The notes: generated from the letters alone by a model not told the origin. DNA of 64,000 nt from an uncultured Chloroflexus sp. (GCF_937129525.1 NZ_CAKZNK010000046.1:24681-88680); one strand, 5' to 3'. Shown: positions 19,303-28,926, numbered from the stretch's first letter. Program-made: numbers and translations.

Positions 19303-21666
19303 ATGACCGCTACCGAAATGAAGGAGCGACTGGTTGGGCGGGCGCTGAAGCGCCGGGAAGATCCGAAGCTGATTACCGGCCACGGTAATTATCTCGATGA
19401 TATTAAATTGCCGGGAATGCTGCACATCGCCCTCGTGCGCAGTCCTTACGCCCACGCCAAAATCGTCTCGATCGACGCCAGCAAAGCGCTGGCAATGCCG
19501 GGTGTGGTCGCCGTCTTTACCGGCAAGGACATGCTCGATATTAACCCGATGCCGGCAGCCTGGCAGGCCGCAGGTGTCAAGAACTATCCGGTGCCGCCTC
19601 GCGCCCTGGCAGTCGATAAAGTCGCGCTGGTCGGCGATCCGGTGGCGATGGTGGTGGCCGAAAACCGCTATATCGCCCGCGATGCCGCTGATCTGGTCGA
19701 AGTGGAGTACGAACCGCTTCCGGCGGTAGTTGATGCTCGCAAGGCAGTCGAACCGGGCGCGCCCCAGATTCACGAGGCAGCGCCGAATAATATCGTGTTT
19801 GAGTGGGAATGTGGCAACAAGGATGCCGCTGACGCTGCCATCGCAAGTGCCGAAGTGGTGGTCAAAGAAGAGATCATCAATCAGCGTCTCATTCCCACCC
19901 CAATGGAGACACGCGGCTCAATCGCGCGCTATGATCCGCTCACCGGCGAATGGACGGTCTGGATGACTTCGCAGGCGCCGCACGTTCATCGTCTGTTGCT
20001 GACCGCGTTTGTCTTCGGTGTGCCGGAAACCAAGCTGCGCTGTATCGCGCCCAATGTGGGTGGCGGTTTCGGACAGAAGATCTTCTGCTACAACGATATG
20101 GCCTTCACCATGTGGGCCGCGCGCAAGTTGGGCCGTCCGGTGAAGTTTGTTGAAGATCGGTCTGAAAACTACAAGTATTCGACCCATGGCCGCGATCATA
20201 TCACCGAGGCTGAGCTTGCCGGTACTCGTGATGGCAAGATTACCGGCTTGCGGGTGAAGACCTGGGCCAATATCGGCGCATACTTCTCGACCGTTGCCGC
20301 CGGTATCCCCACTACGTTGTACGGACGAATCATTACCGGTGTCTACAAGATTCCCGCCGCCTATGTCCACGTCACCGGCGCGTATACCAATACGGCAATG
20401 GTTGACGCCTACCGCGGCGCCGGTCGCCCAGAGGCCAGCTATCTGATCGAACGGATGGTTGACCGCTTTGCTGCCGAGATCGGTATGGATCCGGCGGAAG
20501 TGCGCCGCAAGAACTTCATCCAGCCCGAAGATTTCCCCTACGATAACGGCCTCGGCTTGCTGCCTTACGATAGTGGCAACTACGAGCCGGCGCTCAACAA
20601 GGCTCTCGAAATCGCCGGCTACGCCGAGTTCCGCAAACAGCAAGAGGAGCTGCGCAAGCAAGGTCGCTACCTCGGTATCGGTATCTCGTCGTATGTCGAG
20701 ATTTGCGGTATCGCCCCCAGCGCCTGGATGGGTGGTCAGGGTTGGGGCGCCGGCCTGTGGGAAAGCGCGAATGTGCGCGTCCACCTCACCGGCAAGGTGG
20801 TGGTTACGACCGGCTCGCTACCACACGGTCAGGGCCTCGAAACAACCTTTGCCCAGATCGTCGCCGATGAGCTAGGCGTCCCCTATGAAGATGTCGAAAT
20901 CCAGTGGGGCGATACACAGGGCACTCCGTTCGGCTACGGCACCTACGGTTCGCGCTCGCTGGCCGTCGGTGGTGTGGCGATCAAGCGCAGCGTCGATAAG
21001 ATTAAGGAAAAGGCGCGCAAGCTGGCCGCTCACCTGCTTGAAGCCAATGAAGCAGATATCGTCTTCGAGAATGGGCGAGCCTATGTCAAGGGGTCTCCTG
21101 ATAAAGGCAAGACCATTGGCGAACTGGCCGCAGCCGCCGCAGTGGCCTATAATCTGCCACCCGGCATGGAACCCTTCCTTGATGAGACCAGCTACTACGA
21201 TCCGCCGAACTGCACCTTCCCCTTCGGCACACATGTGAGCATTGTGGAAGTCGATCCCGAAACCGGCCACGTCAAGCTCCTGCGCTATATCGCAGTTGAC
21301 GACTGCGGTAACCAGATCAATCCGCTGATCGTCGAAGGGCAAATTCACGGCGGTATTGCCCAGGGATTGGCCCAGGCGCTCTACGAAGGGGCCGTTTACA
21401 ACGAGGATGGTCAGTTGCTCACCGGTACGCTAATGGATTACGCCGTTCCCACGGCGGCAATGGTGCCACACATCGAGACCGATCACACCGTGACGCCATC
21501 ACCGGTTAATCCGCTTGGCGTCAAGGGTGCCGGCGAAGCAGGCACGATTGCTTCGGCCCAATGCGTGATGAATGCTATCATCGACGCGCTGGCTCCATTT
21601 GGCGTGAAGCATCTGCAAATGCCGGCAACACCCGAACGCATCTGGAAGGCAATTCACGGCAAGTAG
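19303..21666 (+). CDS. coxL: Molybdopterin-binding large subunit, form-II CoxL-like
   Basis: The ATG at 19303 is preceded by GAGGAG. It is an aldehyde oxidase/xanthine dehydrogenase-family sequence. The active-site loop reads AYRGAGR (20407..20427). Confidence 0.9.
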   Translation: MTATEMKERLVGRALKRREDPKLITGHGNYLDDIKLPGMLHIALVRSPYAHAKIVSIDASKALAMPGVVAVFTGKDMLDINPMPAAWQAAGVKNYPVPPRALAVDKVALVGDPVAMVVAENRYIARDAADLVEVEYEPLPAVVDARKAVEPGAPQIHEAAPNNIVFEWECGNKDAADAAIASAEVVVKEEIINQRLIPTPMETRGSIARYDPLTGEWTVWMTSQAPHVHRLLLTAFVFGVPETKLRCIAPNVGGGFGQKIFCYNDMAFTMWAARKLGRPVKFVEDRSENYKYSTHGRDHITEAELAGTRDGKITGLRVKTWANIGAYFSTVAAGIPTTLYGRIITGVYKIPAAYVHVTGAYTNTAMVDAYRGAGRPEASYLIERMVDRFAAEIGMDPAEVRRKNFIQPEDFPYDNGLGLLPYDSGNYEPALNKALEIAGYAEFRKQQEELRKQGRYLGIGISSYVEICGIAPSAWMGGQGWGAGLWESANVRVHLTGKVVVTTGSLPHGQGLETTFAQIVADELGVPYEDVEIQWGDTQGTPFGYGTYGSRSLAVGGVAIKRSVDKIKEKARKLAAHLLEANEADIVFENGRAYVKGSPDKGKTIGELAAAAAVAYNLPPGMEPFLDETSYYDPPNCTFPFGTHVSIVEVDPETGHVKLLRYIAVDDCGNQINPLIVEGQIHGGIAQGLAQALYEGAVYNEDGQLLTGTLMDYAVPTAAMVPHIETDHTVTPSPVNPLGVKGAGEAGTIASAQCVMNAIIDALAPFGVKHLQMPATPERIWKAIHGK

Positions 21667-21733
21667 ACGAGACAGTCCGGGCGCAGATGGTTTTGCCATC
21701 TGCGCTTCCCGGCAAACATAACAGGGAGCAGCT

Positions 21734-22594
21734 ATGATTCCAGCCCCATTTGATTACTATGCGCCAACCAGCCTCGCCGAGGCCTTGACATTGCTCCAGC
21801 GCCACGGCGATGACGCCAAGATTCTGGCCGGCGGGCATTCACTCTTGCCTGCAATGAAGCTGCGCCTGGCTTCGCCGAGTGTCCTGATCGACATTAATAA
21901 GGTTGCCGAGTTACGCGGCATCAAGGTCAACGGCACCGTTGAGATCGGCGCAATGACAACCTGGAGCGCCATTGAGCATCACGCAGATCTGGCCAAAGCC
22001 TGCCCGGCTATGGCTGATGCAGTGGCCTTGATCGGCGACATTCAGGTGCGCAACCGCGGCACCATCGGCGGCTCACTGGCTCACGCCGACCCCGCTGCCG
22101 ATATGCCGGCGGTCATTCTCGCCGTCGATGCTCAGATTCACGTCGAAGGACCCAATGGCCCACGCGCAATCGCCGCTGCCGATTTCTTCACCGATATGCT
22201 TAGCACAGCGCTCGAGCCTGGCGAGATTATTACCTCGATTACCTTTGACAGCCACGGCGCCGGCGAGGGATCGGCTTACGCCAAGTTCCCCCATCCGGCT
22301 AGCCGCTACGCTATTGTCGGCGCGGCTGCTTATGTCAAAATGGAGAATGGACAGGTGACGGCTTGCCGGGTCGCGATTACCGGCGCCGGTCCCAAGGCCG
22401 AGCGGCAAAGCGCTGTTGAGCAGGCGCTGATCGGCACTGATGGCAGTGCCGATGCCGTCGCTGCTGCCGCTGCTCATGCCGGTGAAGGGATGGATATGCT
22501 CGGTGACATTCACGCCAGCGATGAATACCGACGGGCAATGTGCAAAGTGTATACGAAGCGCGCGCTGTTGAAGGCGATTGAACGAGCCAGGTAA
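21734..22594 (+). CDS. coxM: FAD-binding medium subunit
   Basis: 286-aa ORF with an FAD-binding PCMH-type domain (AGGHSLLPAMKLR, RNRGTIGGSLAHADP). Confidence 0.9.
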   Translation: MIPAPFDYYAPTSLAEALTLLQRHGDDAKILAGGHSLLPAMKLRLASPSVLIDINKVAELRGIKVNGTVEIGAMTTWSAIEHHADLAKACPAMADAVALIGDIQVRNRGTIGGSLAHADPAADMPAVILAVDAQIHVEGPNGPRAIAAADFFTDMLSTALEPGEIITSITFDSHGAGEGSAYAKFPHPASRYAIVGAAAYVKMENGQVTACRVAITGAGPKAERQSAVEQALIGTDGSADAVAAAAAHAGEGMDMLGDIHASDEYRRAMCKVYTKRALLKAIERAR

Positions 22595-22637
22595 AAGAGC
22601 TAGCTTTGGATGGATCAGTTCAGGATCGTTTACGAAC

Positions 22638-22670
22638 GAGGCGGGTGATGAAACCCGCCTCAATGTTTTT
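22638..22670 (+). terminator. Intrinsic terminator after coxM
   Basis: GAGGCGGGT-gatgaa-ACCCGCCTC followed by AATGTTTTT. Confidence 0.7.
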
Positions 22671-22699
22671 CTGTGCATCGAACCGAAGAAGTGTTCCCT

Positions 22700-23725
22700 T
22701 TAAACCCGCTTGAAATGCACAATGGCCTTATGCCCCGATTGCCTGCCCTCAAAGGTCACTGCGTACAACCCGCGAGGCACATTTTTAGGCACGAAGAGCG
22801 TTCCTGTATAAGTGCCCTTATCGTCCACCGTATCACCACCTGTGAAGCGGACTTCAACCACCGTTCCGGTCGCGACTTGGGTGACGTAGGCGCCGATCGA
22901 CTCATAGGGGACAAAGCCGGTGATCTCAACTTCCAGGGCAAAGAATTCTGCAACGTCGCCTTGCAAGCAGTTTGGTGCGATCGAACCATTGACCGGCGGG
23001 GGAATATCATCACACGGACCCGGCCTCGGCGTAGCGGTCGGTGTCGGTGGGGGAGCAGGCCGATCGCCAAACGCTTCGCGGCCCAGCAAACCCAGCAATA
23101 CTACCTCTGGCCCAAGTCGTTCGTGTAATTCAAAACGCGCTCGCTCAAACCACTGCGTTAAGACGGTATCGCCAGATGTGTTTGTCTCGATCCGCGCTTC
23201 AGTGAGCGGCAAGCCGAACAATGCCAGACTCTCGGCCTCGCTGAAACCGCGCCGGCCATCGAACTCTAATCCATGCGACTGCCAGTAACGCAAGAATGCG
23301 CCACATACGAGATGTTGGGTTTGATCAAAGTAACGACACCCCGCCTGCTGCGTACTCGGAGCCTTCGGTTCATTCTGCCACGGTGTCCCACGCCGCTGGA
23401 GCAAATCATCGCCTAACCGGCCCAACAATACATCGTAGGGCTGCGGATTACCTGGATGCAGTTCAAACCGACTCCGCTCGAAGATTTGCACCAAACGCAA
23501 TCGCCCCTCAACTTCCTGATAGAAAGCAGGCGTAATGGGGTATCCGAAGACCGGTAAGCCGCCGTGCTGACGCCAATAGGTAGCAAACCGGCCCTCAATA
23601 CAGTCGGCAACCTCGTTGAAACAGATCCGTTCCTGAGCCTGAGCCGAACGAACCGACACGACTCCCATCAGAATGACCGTCAGAATTATAGTGATTTTAA
23701 AATGTTTTTGAAATAATTTGTTCAT
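22700..23725 (-). CDS. Secreted repeat protein of unknown function
   Basis: Signal-like N-terminus MNKLFQKHFKITIILTVILMGVVSVRSAQA, with the ATG at 23725 preceded by AGGGG. There are two copies of a ~50-70-aa module ending in FER[SA]RFELH, then a Pro/Thr linker and a beta-rich C-terminal domain. Confidence 0.7.
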   Translation of the reverse strand: MNKLFQKHFKITIILTVILMGVVSVRSAQAQERICFNEVADCIEGRFATYWRQHGGLPVFGYPITPAFYQEVEGRLRLVQIFERSRFELHPGNPQPYDVLLGRLGDDLLQRRGTPWQNEPKAPSTQQAGCRYFDQTQHLVCGAFLRYWQSHGLEFDGRRGFSEAESLALFGLPLTEARIETNTSGDTVLTQWFERARFELHERLGPEVVLLGLLGREAFGDRPAPPPTPTATPRPGPCDDIPPPVNGSIAPNCLQGDVAEFFALEVEITGFVPYESIGAYVTQVATGTVVEVRFTGGDTVDDKGTYTGTLFVPKNVPRGLYAVTFEGRQSGHKAIVHFKRV

Positions 23726-23869
23726 ATAAATAACCCCTGTAATCATAAAAGACTTTCATGTAAAATAATAAGACGACTTTGTTAAATGTCGCAAAAAACA
23801 ACATTAACCTGTAGTTGTCATTTGTTTCGTTAGATCGGCCTCCTTCTATGCTATCTTTATCACAGGAAA

Positions 23870-24490
23870 TTGGTCACAAAGAATCTGGCAAGGAGGCCAA
23901 CCATACTACCGAAAACCCCAGTCAATGAACAACACGAAGTCCAGTTTCCCGATCCGCCGTTCGTTCGCGTCTTGTTCAGCAGCACCAAATTTGCCTGGTT
24001 GTTCCTGATCATTCGGCTCTTTCTCGGCTATTCCTGGCTCACTTCCGGCTGGGGCAAATTGAATAATCCGGCCTGGATGGAGAGTGGCGCCGCCATTCTC
24101 GGTTTCTGGAAAAATGCAGTCACAATACCAGAGACCGGGCGACCGCCGATTGCTTACGACTGGTATCGTTCCTTCATCCAGTTTCTGATCGATACCGAGT
24201 CGCATACCTGGTTCGCCAAATTGATCGTTTATGGTGAGATTCTGGTTGGAATCGGCCTGGTCGTTGGCGGCTTAGTCGGTTTTGCCGCCTTCTTTGGCGC
24301 CTTGATGAACTTCAACTTTATGCTCGCCGGCACTGCCAGCACCAATCCGGTGATGTTCACTCTTGCCATCATCTTGATGCTGGGATGGAAAGTTGCCGGC
24401 TACTATGGCCTTGACTACTATCTGCTACCGCTGCTCGGCACACCCTGGGGACGCAACAAACCAGCCCGACCTGCCGCTGCAACTGCCTGA
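23870..24490 (+). CDS. DoxX-family membrane protein
   Basis: Four hydrophobic spans and a DoxX-like segment (LFLIIRLFLGYSWLTSGWGKL). The start is uncertain: the frame opens at TTG 23870, and AAGGAGG at 23888 has no canonical start codon just downstream. Confidence 0.65.
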   Translation: MVTKNLARRPTILPKTPVNEQHEVQFPDPPFVRVLFSSTKFAWLFLIIRLFLGYSWLTSGWGKLNNPAWMESGAAILGFWKNAVTIPETGRPPIAYDWYRSFIQFLIDTESHTWFAKLIVYGEILVGIGLVVGGLVGFAAFFGALMNFNFMLAGTASTNPVMFTLAIILMLGWKVAGYYGLDYYLLPLLGTPWGRNKPARPAAATA

Positions 24491-24513
24491 ATCACCAGTT
24501 CCCTGCAATCGCT

Positions 24514-24550
24514 GCCCGTCGCGATCATGTGATCGCGACGGGCATTTTTT
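24514..24550 (+). terminator. Intrinsic terminator after the DoxX gene
   Basis: The perfect palindrome GCCCGTCGCGATCA/TGATCGCGACGGGC is followed by ATTTTTT. Confidence 0.8.
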
Positions 24551-24661
24551 ACTCAAAAGACGGGAACGAAGTTTGAGTGAGTTGACTCGCTAGACACCAT
24601 TCGATCATAGTTCAGGATGCGTTCACCAGATCCAGGTGAGGCAAACCGGAAGATGCCGTCC

Positions 24662-26467
24662 TTACCCTGTGGCCCGGCTCTGCATCCGCGCCAGCTCATC
24701 CTCAACAACCTGCTCGTCCAGCTTCTTGAACAACGGTTGCGGCGGGCGCAACGTCTGGCCGACCGGCAGCGCCGATGGCTCCCAGCGTCCTACCCACTGC
24801 TCATACTCACCGGTAAGCACGCGATGAGTGCGGCCATCAGCTTCGGTTACCTCGCGGAAGAGCAACGGGCCGGCAATGTAACCATCATAACCCAGGTACT
24901 CATGCAAGCGCTGGCTTGAGAAGGGCAGGAAAGGCGTAAAGATGATCTTGAGCGTATCCACGCATCGTAACGCAACATACCAGATCGTAGCTGCGCGCTC
25001 GCGATCTTGCTTGATGACCTTCCAGGGTTCCTGTTCACTCAGGTAGATATTCACCTGGCCAGCCAATCGCATTGCTTCGCTCAACGCCGCCTTGAAACGA
25101 GCCGCTGCCAGCAAATCGCCAACTGTCTCTAGCCCTGTCGTAACCTCTTCCAGCAATTGCTCGTCGGCAGCAGTCAATTGACCGGGCTGTGGCACCTGAC
25201 CAAAATTCTTGTAGACGTTGGTCAGGGTGCGATTAACCAGATTGCCCCAGGTCGCAACCAGCTCGTCGTTATTGCGCCGCACAAACTCAGCCCAGGTAAA
25301 ATCGGTGTCCTGATTTTCCGGGCCGGCAATGGTGAGAAAGTAGCGCAACGCATCGGCGTCATACCGGCTGAGAAAGTCATTGACATAGATTACGATGCCC
25401 CGCGAACTCGAGAACTTCTTGCCCTCCATGGTCAGAAATTCGCTCGAGACCACATTGTAGGGCAGTTGCAGCGGAATGCCCTCGTACTTCCCTCCTGGAT
25501 GCGCGCCAAACTGACCGCCAGCCCCATAACCCAGTAACATTGCCGGCCAGATCACCGTGTGAAAGACGATATTATCTTTACCCATGAAGTAGAAATGGCG
25601 CGCGTCTGGATTCTGCCACCACGCCCGCCAGGCATCCGGATCGCCGCGATTGATTGCCCATTCGATGCTTGCCGACAGGTAGCCAATGACAGCATCAAAC
25701 CAGACGTAGATCTTCTTGTCATCGCGATGCACATACTCCGGTAATGGAATTGGCACACCCCATTCGAGATCGCGCGTGATCGGACGCGGCTTCAGATCTT
25801 TGAGAAAGTTGAGCGAGAAATTACGCACGTTTGGTCGCCAGTGGTGTTGTTGGTCGATCCAGGTGCGTAACTGCTCGGCAAATGCCGGTAGATCGAGGAA
25901 GAAATGTTCGGTTGGCTTGAAGACCGGCGGCTGCCCATCAACCTTCGAACGAGGATTGATCAGGTCGGTCGGATCGAGCTGACTCCCACAATTGTCGCAC
26001 TGATCACCGCGTGCCTCGTCATAGCCACAGATCGGGCAGGTGCCTTCGATATAGCGATCGGGTAACGTTCGTCCGGTTGTAGCCGAGAATGCGCCTAACG
26101 TCTCTTTGCGGATAATATAGCCTCGTTCGTAAAGTGTGCGAAAAATATCCTGCGTTACAGCATAGTGGTTGGCTGTCGTAGTGCGCGTGAACGTATCATA
26201 GCTCAGGCCGAGATTGTACAAATCATCGCCGATGATCTTATTGTAGCGATCGGCAATTGCTTGCGGCGTTGTACCTTCTTTATCGGCAACCAGCGTGATC
26301 GGTGTACCATGTTCGTCAGTGCCTGAAATCATCAGTACACGATTGCCCCGTAATCGATGGTAACGGGCAAAAATATCAGCCGGCACACCAAACCCGGCCA
26401 CGTGCCCGATATGACGCGGCCCATTCGCATAAGGCCACGCAACCGCAACCAGAATATGCTCAGACAT
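24662..26467 (-). CDS. metG: Methionyl-tRNA synthetase
   Basis: 601-aa ORF with the HIGH motif (PRHIGHVAG), a KMSKS-like motif (KFSSSRG) and the zinc knuckles [18 protein letters not shown]. Confidence 0.95.
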   Translation of the reverse strand: MSEHILVAVAWPYANGPRHIGHVAGFGVPADIFARYHRLRGNRVLMISGTDEHGTPITLVADKEGTTPQAIADRYNKIIGDDLYNLGLSYDTFTRTTTANHYAVTQDIFRTLYERGYIIRKETLGAFSATTGRTLPDRYIEGTCPICGYDEARGDQCDNCGSQLDPTDLINPRSKVDGQPPVFKPTEHFFLDLPAFAEQLRTWIDQQHHWRPNVRNFSLNFLKDLKPRPITRDLEWGVPIPLPEYVHRDDKKIYVWFDAVIGYLSASIEWAINRGDPDAWRAWWQNPDARHFYFMGKDNIVFHTVIWPAMLLGYGAGGQFGAHPGGKYEGIPLQLPYNVVSSEFLTMEGKKFSSSRGIVIYVNDFLSRYDADALRYFLTIAGPENQDTDFTWAEFVRRNNDELVATWGNLVNRTLTNVYKNFGQVPQPGQLTAADEQLLEEVTTGLETVGDLLAAARFKAALSEAMRLAGQVNIYLSEQEPWKVIKQDRERAATIWYVALRCVDTLKIIFTPFLPFSSQRLHEYLGYDGYIAGPLLFREVTEADGRTHRVLTGEYEQWVGRWEPSALPVGQTLRPPQPLFKKLDEQVVEDELARMQSRATG

Positions 26468-26742
26468 GCTGACACCTCAATTGGGCAATAACTGGCAACT
26501 TCTGCGTCACCGAACGTCAGTCTGACGGAATATGATCAGACTCTACACAAAAGCACTTTACAGAACACAGATTAAGGAAAAGAGGGAAGCTGGCGGTTAA
26601 CCCGCCATAAAACCGCGCGCGGTCAGCCGAAGGCCGCGCCAATGGGCAGGCGTGAACCAGGATTGAGGTATCAAATCTATTGATCGACCCATGGTTACTC
26701 CACGATTGCCACGACAGCATCTGTAGTATAACACAGACACAG

Positions 26743-26771
26743 TTGCAGGTAGTGCCAGATTCGCATATTAT
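26743..26771 (+). promoter_or_regulatory. Candidate promoter for the SH3b-exonuclease gene pair
   Basis: TTGCAG (26743..26748) - 17 nt - TATTAT (26766..26771). Confidence 0.35.
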
Positions 26772-26792
26772 AAACATCCGAAGCTGCTGTCA

Positions 26793-28046
26793 TTGAGGAT
26801 GCTCATGCAAACAACACTCAGTCAGATTTCACTGCCTATAGCAATCAGTCTGATCTTTCTCGGTATCGTCATCATTGTGCTGGTCGTCATCTTGATCCGC
26901 CGACGACAGGCTGCCAATCAGGCGCCGCCTACGCCTGAGATTCCACCGGCAACCACGATTGACTACACAGCCATCCCCCTTGAGGAACCGGAGAGCTGGC
27001 AGGATCGTCTGCGCAATCTGTCGCTGGCCGCCAGAGTGCTCCTGCTGCTGATTCCGATCTTGCTCTGCCTTTCGATTGGGGTGTTGGCGCTGAGTCTTAT
27101 CAACGAAGAACAATCTGTCGCTCCGCCACCTACTCCCACCCCTTCGCCCATTCCTGTCACCCTCACCATCGAAGACGCAACTGTTGTGCGCGCCGAACCT
27201 CCAACGATCAATGTGCGTGTTCGCGCGACTGGCCTGCCTGACAATACAGAGTTGCAGGTAGAATTACGCGCCGATGGTCAACCGCTGCGCTGGTTTGATC
27301 CCGATCAGACAATCCGTATTCGCCGCGATCGCGGCGATCTGCGGGCCGAAAAATTGCCCGATGGCGATCCAACACCGCAAGGGCCACGCTATACGGTGGT
27401 GGTGCGTCTGCCTGACGGCAGTTTGAGCGACGAGGCTGAGCTGTTGATACCTGAGCTAGTTGCGGCTGCCTTCTTCGGAACAGTGGCAGAGGTACCCACT
27501 CCAACGTTCCCACCAACGTTCACGCCGGAACCGGTCGCGCAGGTCACCCCAACCCCGCCGCCAACACCGACCATTCCGCCTACACCAGTCTTGCCCGTCG
27601 GTCAACCGGTGGCGGTCATCAACGGCGGCAATGTGCGCAAACTACCGTTCATTACTGATAATGTCATTGGCGGAGTTAATGCCGGTGAGCAGGTGCAGAT
27701 CCTGGCCCGCACTCCCAACGCCCGCTGGTTTTACGTGCGCACGGTGCGCGATGAAATCGGATGGGTAAGCGGTACGCTCCTCGCTGTCAACGACTTGATC
27801 ATTGCCGAGGCCAGGGTTGCCAATGTCGTGACCGTCTTTGTCAGCGGGACGGTCTATTTAGCCGCCGATCCGGACAGCGCCGCAATCGACCGGGTCGAAG
27901 CAAATGAGGTGGTTGAATTATTGGAGCGCACCGCCGATGGATCGTGGTATCGCGTTCTCAATGTGCGTGATCGCGAAGGATGGGTGCAGGCCAGCCTGCT
28001 CGGCATTCCCGATGATGTGATTGCTCAGGTACCCATAGCCCAATGA
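26793..28046 (+). CDS. Single-pass membrane protein with Pro/Thr linkers and two SH3b-like domains
   Basis: TM span ISLPIAISLIFLGIVIIVLVVILI, PTP-rich linkers, and two SH3b-like segments (RWFYVRTVRDEIGWVSGTLL and SWYRVLNVRDREGWVQASLL). The start is ambiguous among TTG 26793, ATG 26799 and ATG 26805. Confidence 0.7.
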   Translation: MRMLMQTTLSQISLPIAISLIFLGIVIIVLVVILIRRRQAANQAPPTPEIPPATTIDYTAIPLEEPESWQDRLRNLSLAARVLLLLIPILLCLSIGVLALSLINEEQSVAPPPTPTPSPIPVTLTIEDATVVRAEPPTINVRVRATGLPDNTELQVELRADGQPLRWFDPDQTIRIRRDRGDLRAEKLPDGDPTPQGPRYTVVVRLPDGSLSDEAELLIPELVAAAFFGTVAEVPTPTFPPTFTPEPVAQVTPTPPPTPTIPPTPVLPVGQPVAVINGGNVRKLPFITDNVIGGVNAGEQVQILARTPNARWFYVRTVRDEIGWVSGTLLAVNDLIIAEARVANVVTVFVSGTVYLAADPDSAAIDRVEANEVVELLERTADGSWYRVLNVRDREGWVQASLLGIPDDVIAQVPIAQ

Positions 28047-28888
28047 GTCAGCTTGACCTGCAGCAGAAACTATCGGAGGCGCCGTTACTCTTCTTCGATG
28101 TGGAAACAACAGGTCTGCACATCAGCGAAGGCCATCGTATCTGCGAACTGGCGATGCTGCGCTACGAACACGGGCAGGAAGTTGGGCGAATCGACACCTT
28201 GATCAATCCAGAGCGCGATCTCGACCCGCAGGCGGCGCAAATCAACCAGATCAATCCCGCCGACCTGCTCGATGCGCCAACCTTTGACAGAATTGCGTCG
28301 GCAGTGGTTGAACTTGGGCGGGATGCCGTTCGGATTGCCCATTACATTGCGTTCGATGACGAATTTCTGACCATGGAGCTGGTCCGCAGCGGTTATCCTC
28401 CCCTTAACGGACCGGCGCTCGACACCTTCAAACTGGCCTGTCGAATCGGCGTGCCACGCGGCCAGCTCAGTCTCAGCAAACTGGCCAATACCTTCAATCT
28501 GCCGCCGCCAGCGCACCGGGCAATGAGCGATACGCTAACCCTGAAAGCCCTTTTTGAATTGCTGGCCGGCAAAATGGCCACTGAACACGGTGTGGTAACA
28601 ATTAACGATGCCCTCCGCTTTGCCCGTGGCCTGCTGCCCGGTCAACCCGAACCGGAGGTACCTCCCCCCCTGGCCGCTGCGCTGGCCGAAGGCAAGACAC
28701 TGCGAATCGTCTACACCTCGAATAGCAACCCGCAACCGACTGAGCGCCGCATCCGACCAATCGAGATCACCGTCGAGCAAACCGGTGTGTATCTGCGCGC
28801 ATTCTGCTATCTGCGCAACGAAGTGCGCCATTTCTCACTGGCGAAAATCAACGACTACCTGCCTGATATTCCTGACGAATCCATCTAA
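28043..28888 (+). CDS. DnaQ-like DEDDh 3'-5' exonuclease fused to a WYL-like domain
   Basis: Exo I is FFDVETTGL, Exo II is AHYIAFDDEFL and Exo III is HRAMSDTL. The C-terminal segment LRIVYTS...RPIEITVEQTGVYLRAFCYLRNEVRHFSLAKI looks like a WYL domain. The start overlaps the upstream stop (ATGA). Confidence 0.8.
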   Translation: MSQLDLQQKLSEAPLLFFDVETTGLHISEGHRICELAMLRYEHGQEVGRIDTLINPERDLDPQAAQINQINPADLLDAPTFDRIASAVVELGRDAVRIAHYIAFDDEFLTMELVRSGYPPLNGPALDTFKLACRIGVPRGQLSLSKLANTFNLPPPAHRAMSDTLTLKALFELLAGKMATEHGVVTINDALRFARGLLPGQPEPEVPPPLAAALAEGKTLRIVYTSNSNPQPTERRIRPIEITVEQTGVYLRAFCYLRNEVRHFSLAKINDYLPDIPDESI

Positions 28889-28896
28889 AGAAGGGG

Positions 28897-28926
28897 TTGA
28901 CTCTGGCGCGCCAACAGTGCTATAGT
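28897..28926 (+). promoter_or_regulatory. Strong candidate sigma-70-type promoter upstream of rpoD
   Basis: TTGACT (28897..28902) - 18 nt - TATAGT (28921..28926). It lies about 265 nt upstream of the rpoD ATG. Confidence 0.5.

Noticed and set aside
19303-21666. Calling the cluster a genuine aerobic CO dehydrogenase.
   Set aside because: The active-site loop is AYRGAGR (form II), not AYXCSFR. The gene order is S-L-M and no coxD/E/F genes are adjacent.
26468-26742. A T-box riboswitch upstream of metG. It was suggested by an AUG in a loop-like context (GGAGUAACCAUGG) and a UGGU near a terminator-like hairpin.
   Set aside because: I could not find the conserved T-box core (GGGUGGUACCGCG-like). 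The AUG also lies too close to the only plausible -10 element to leave room for a full Stem I. Only a weaker attenuation hypothesis is kept as a finding.
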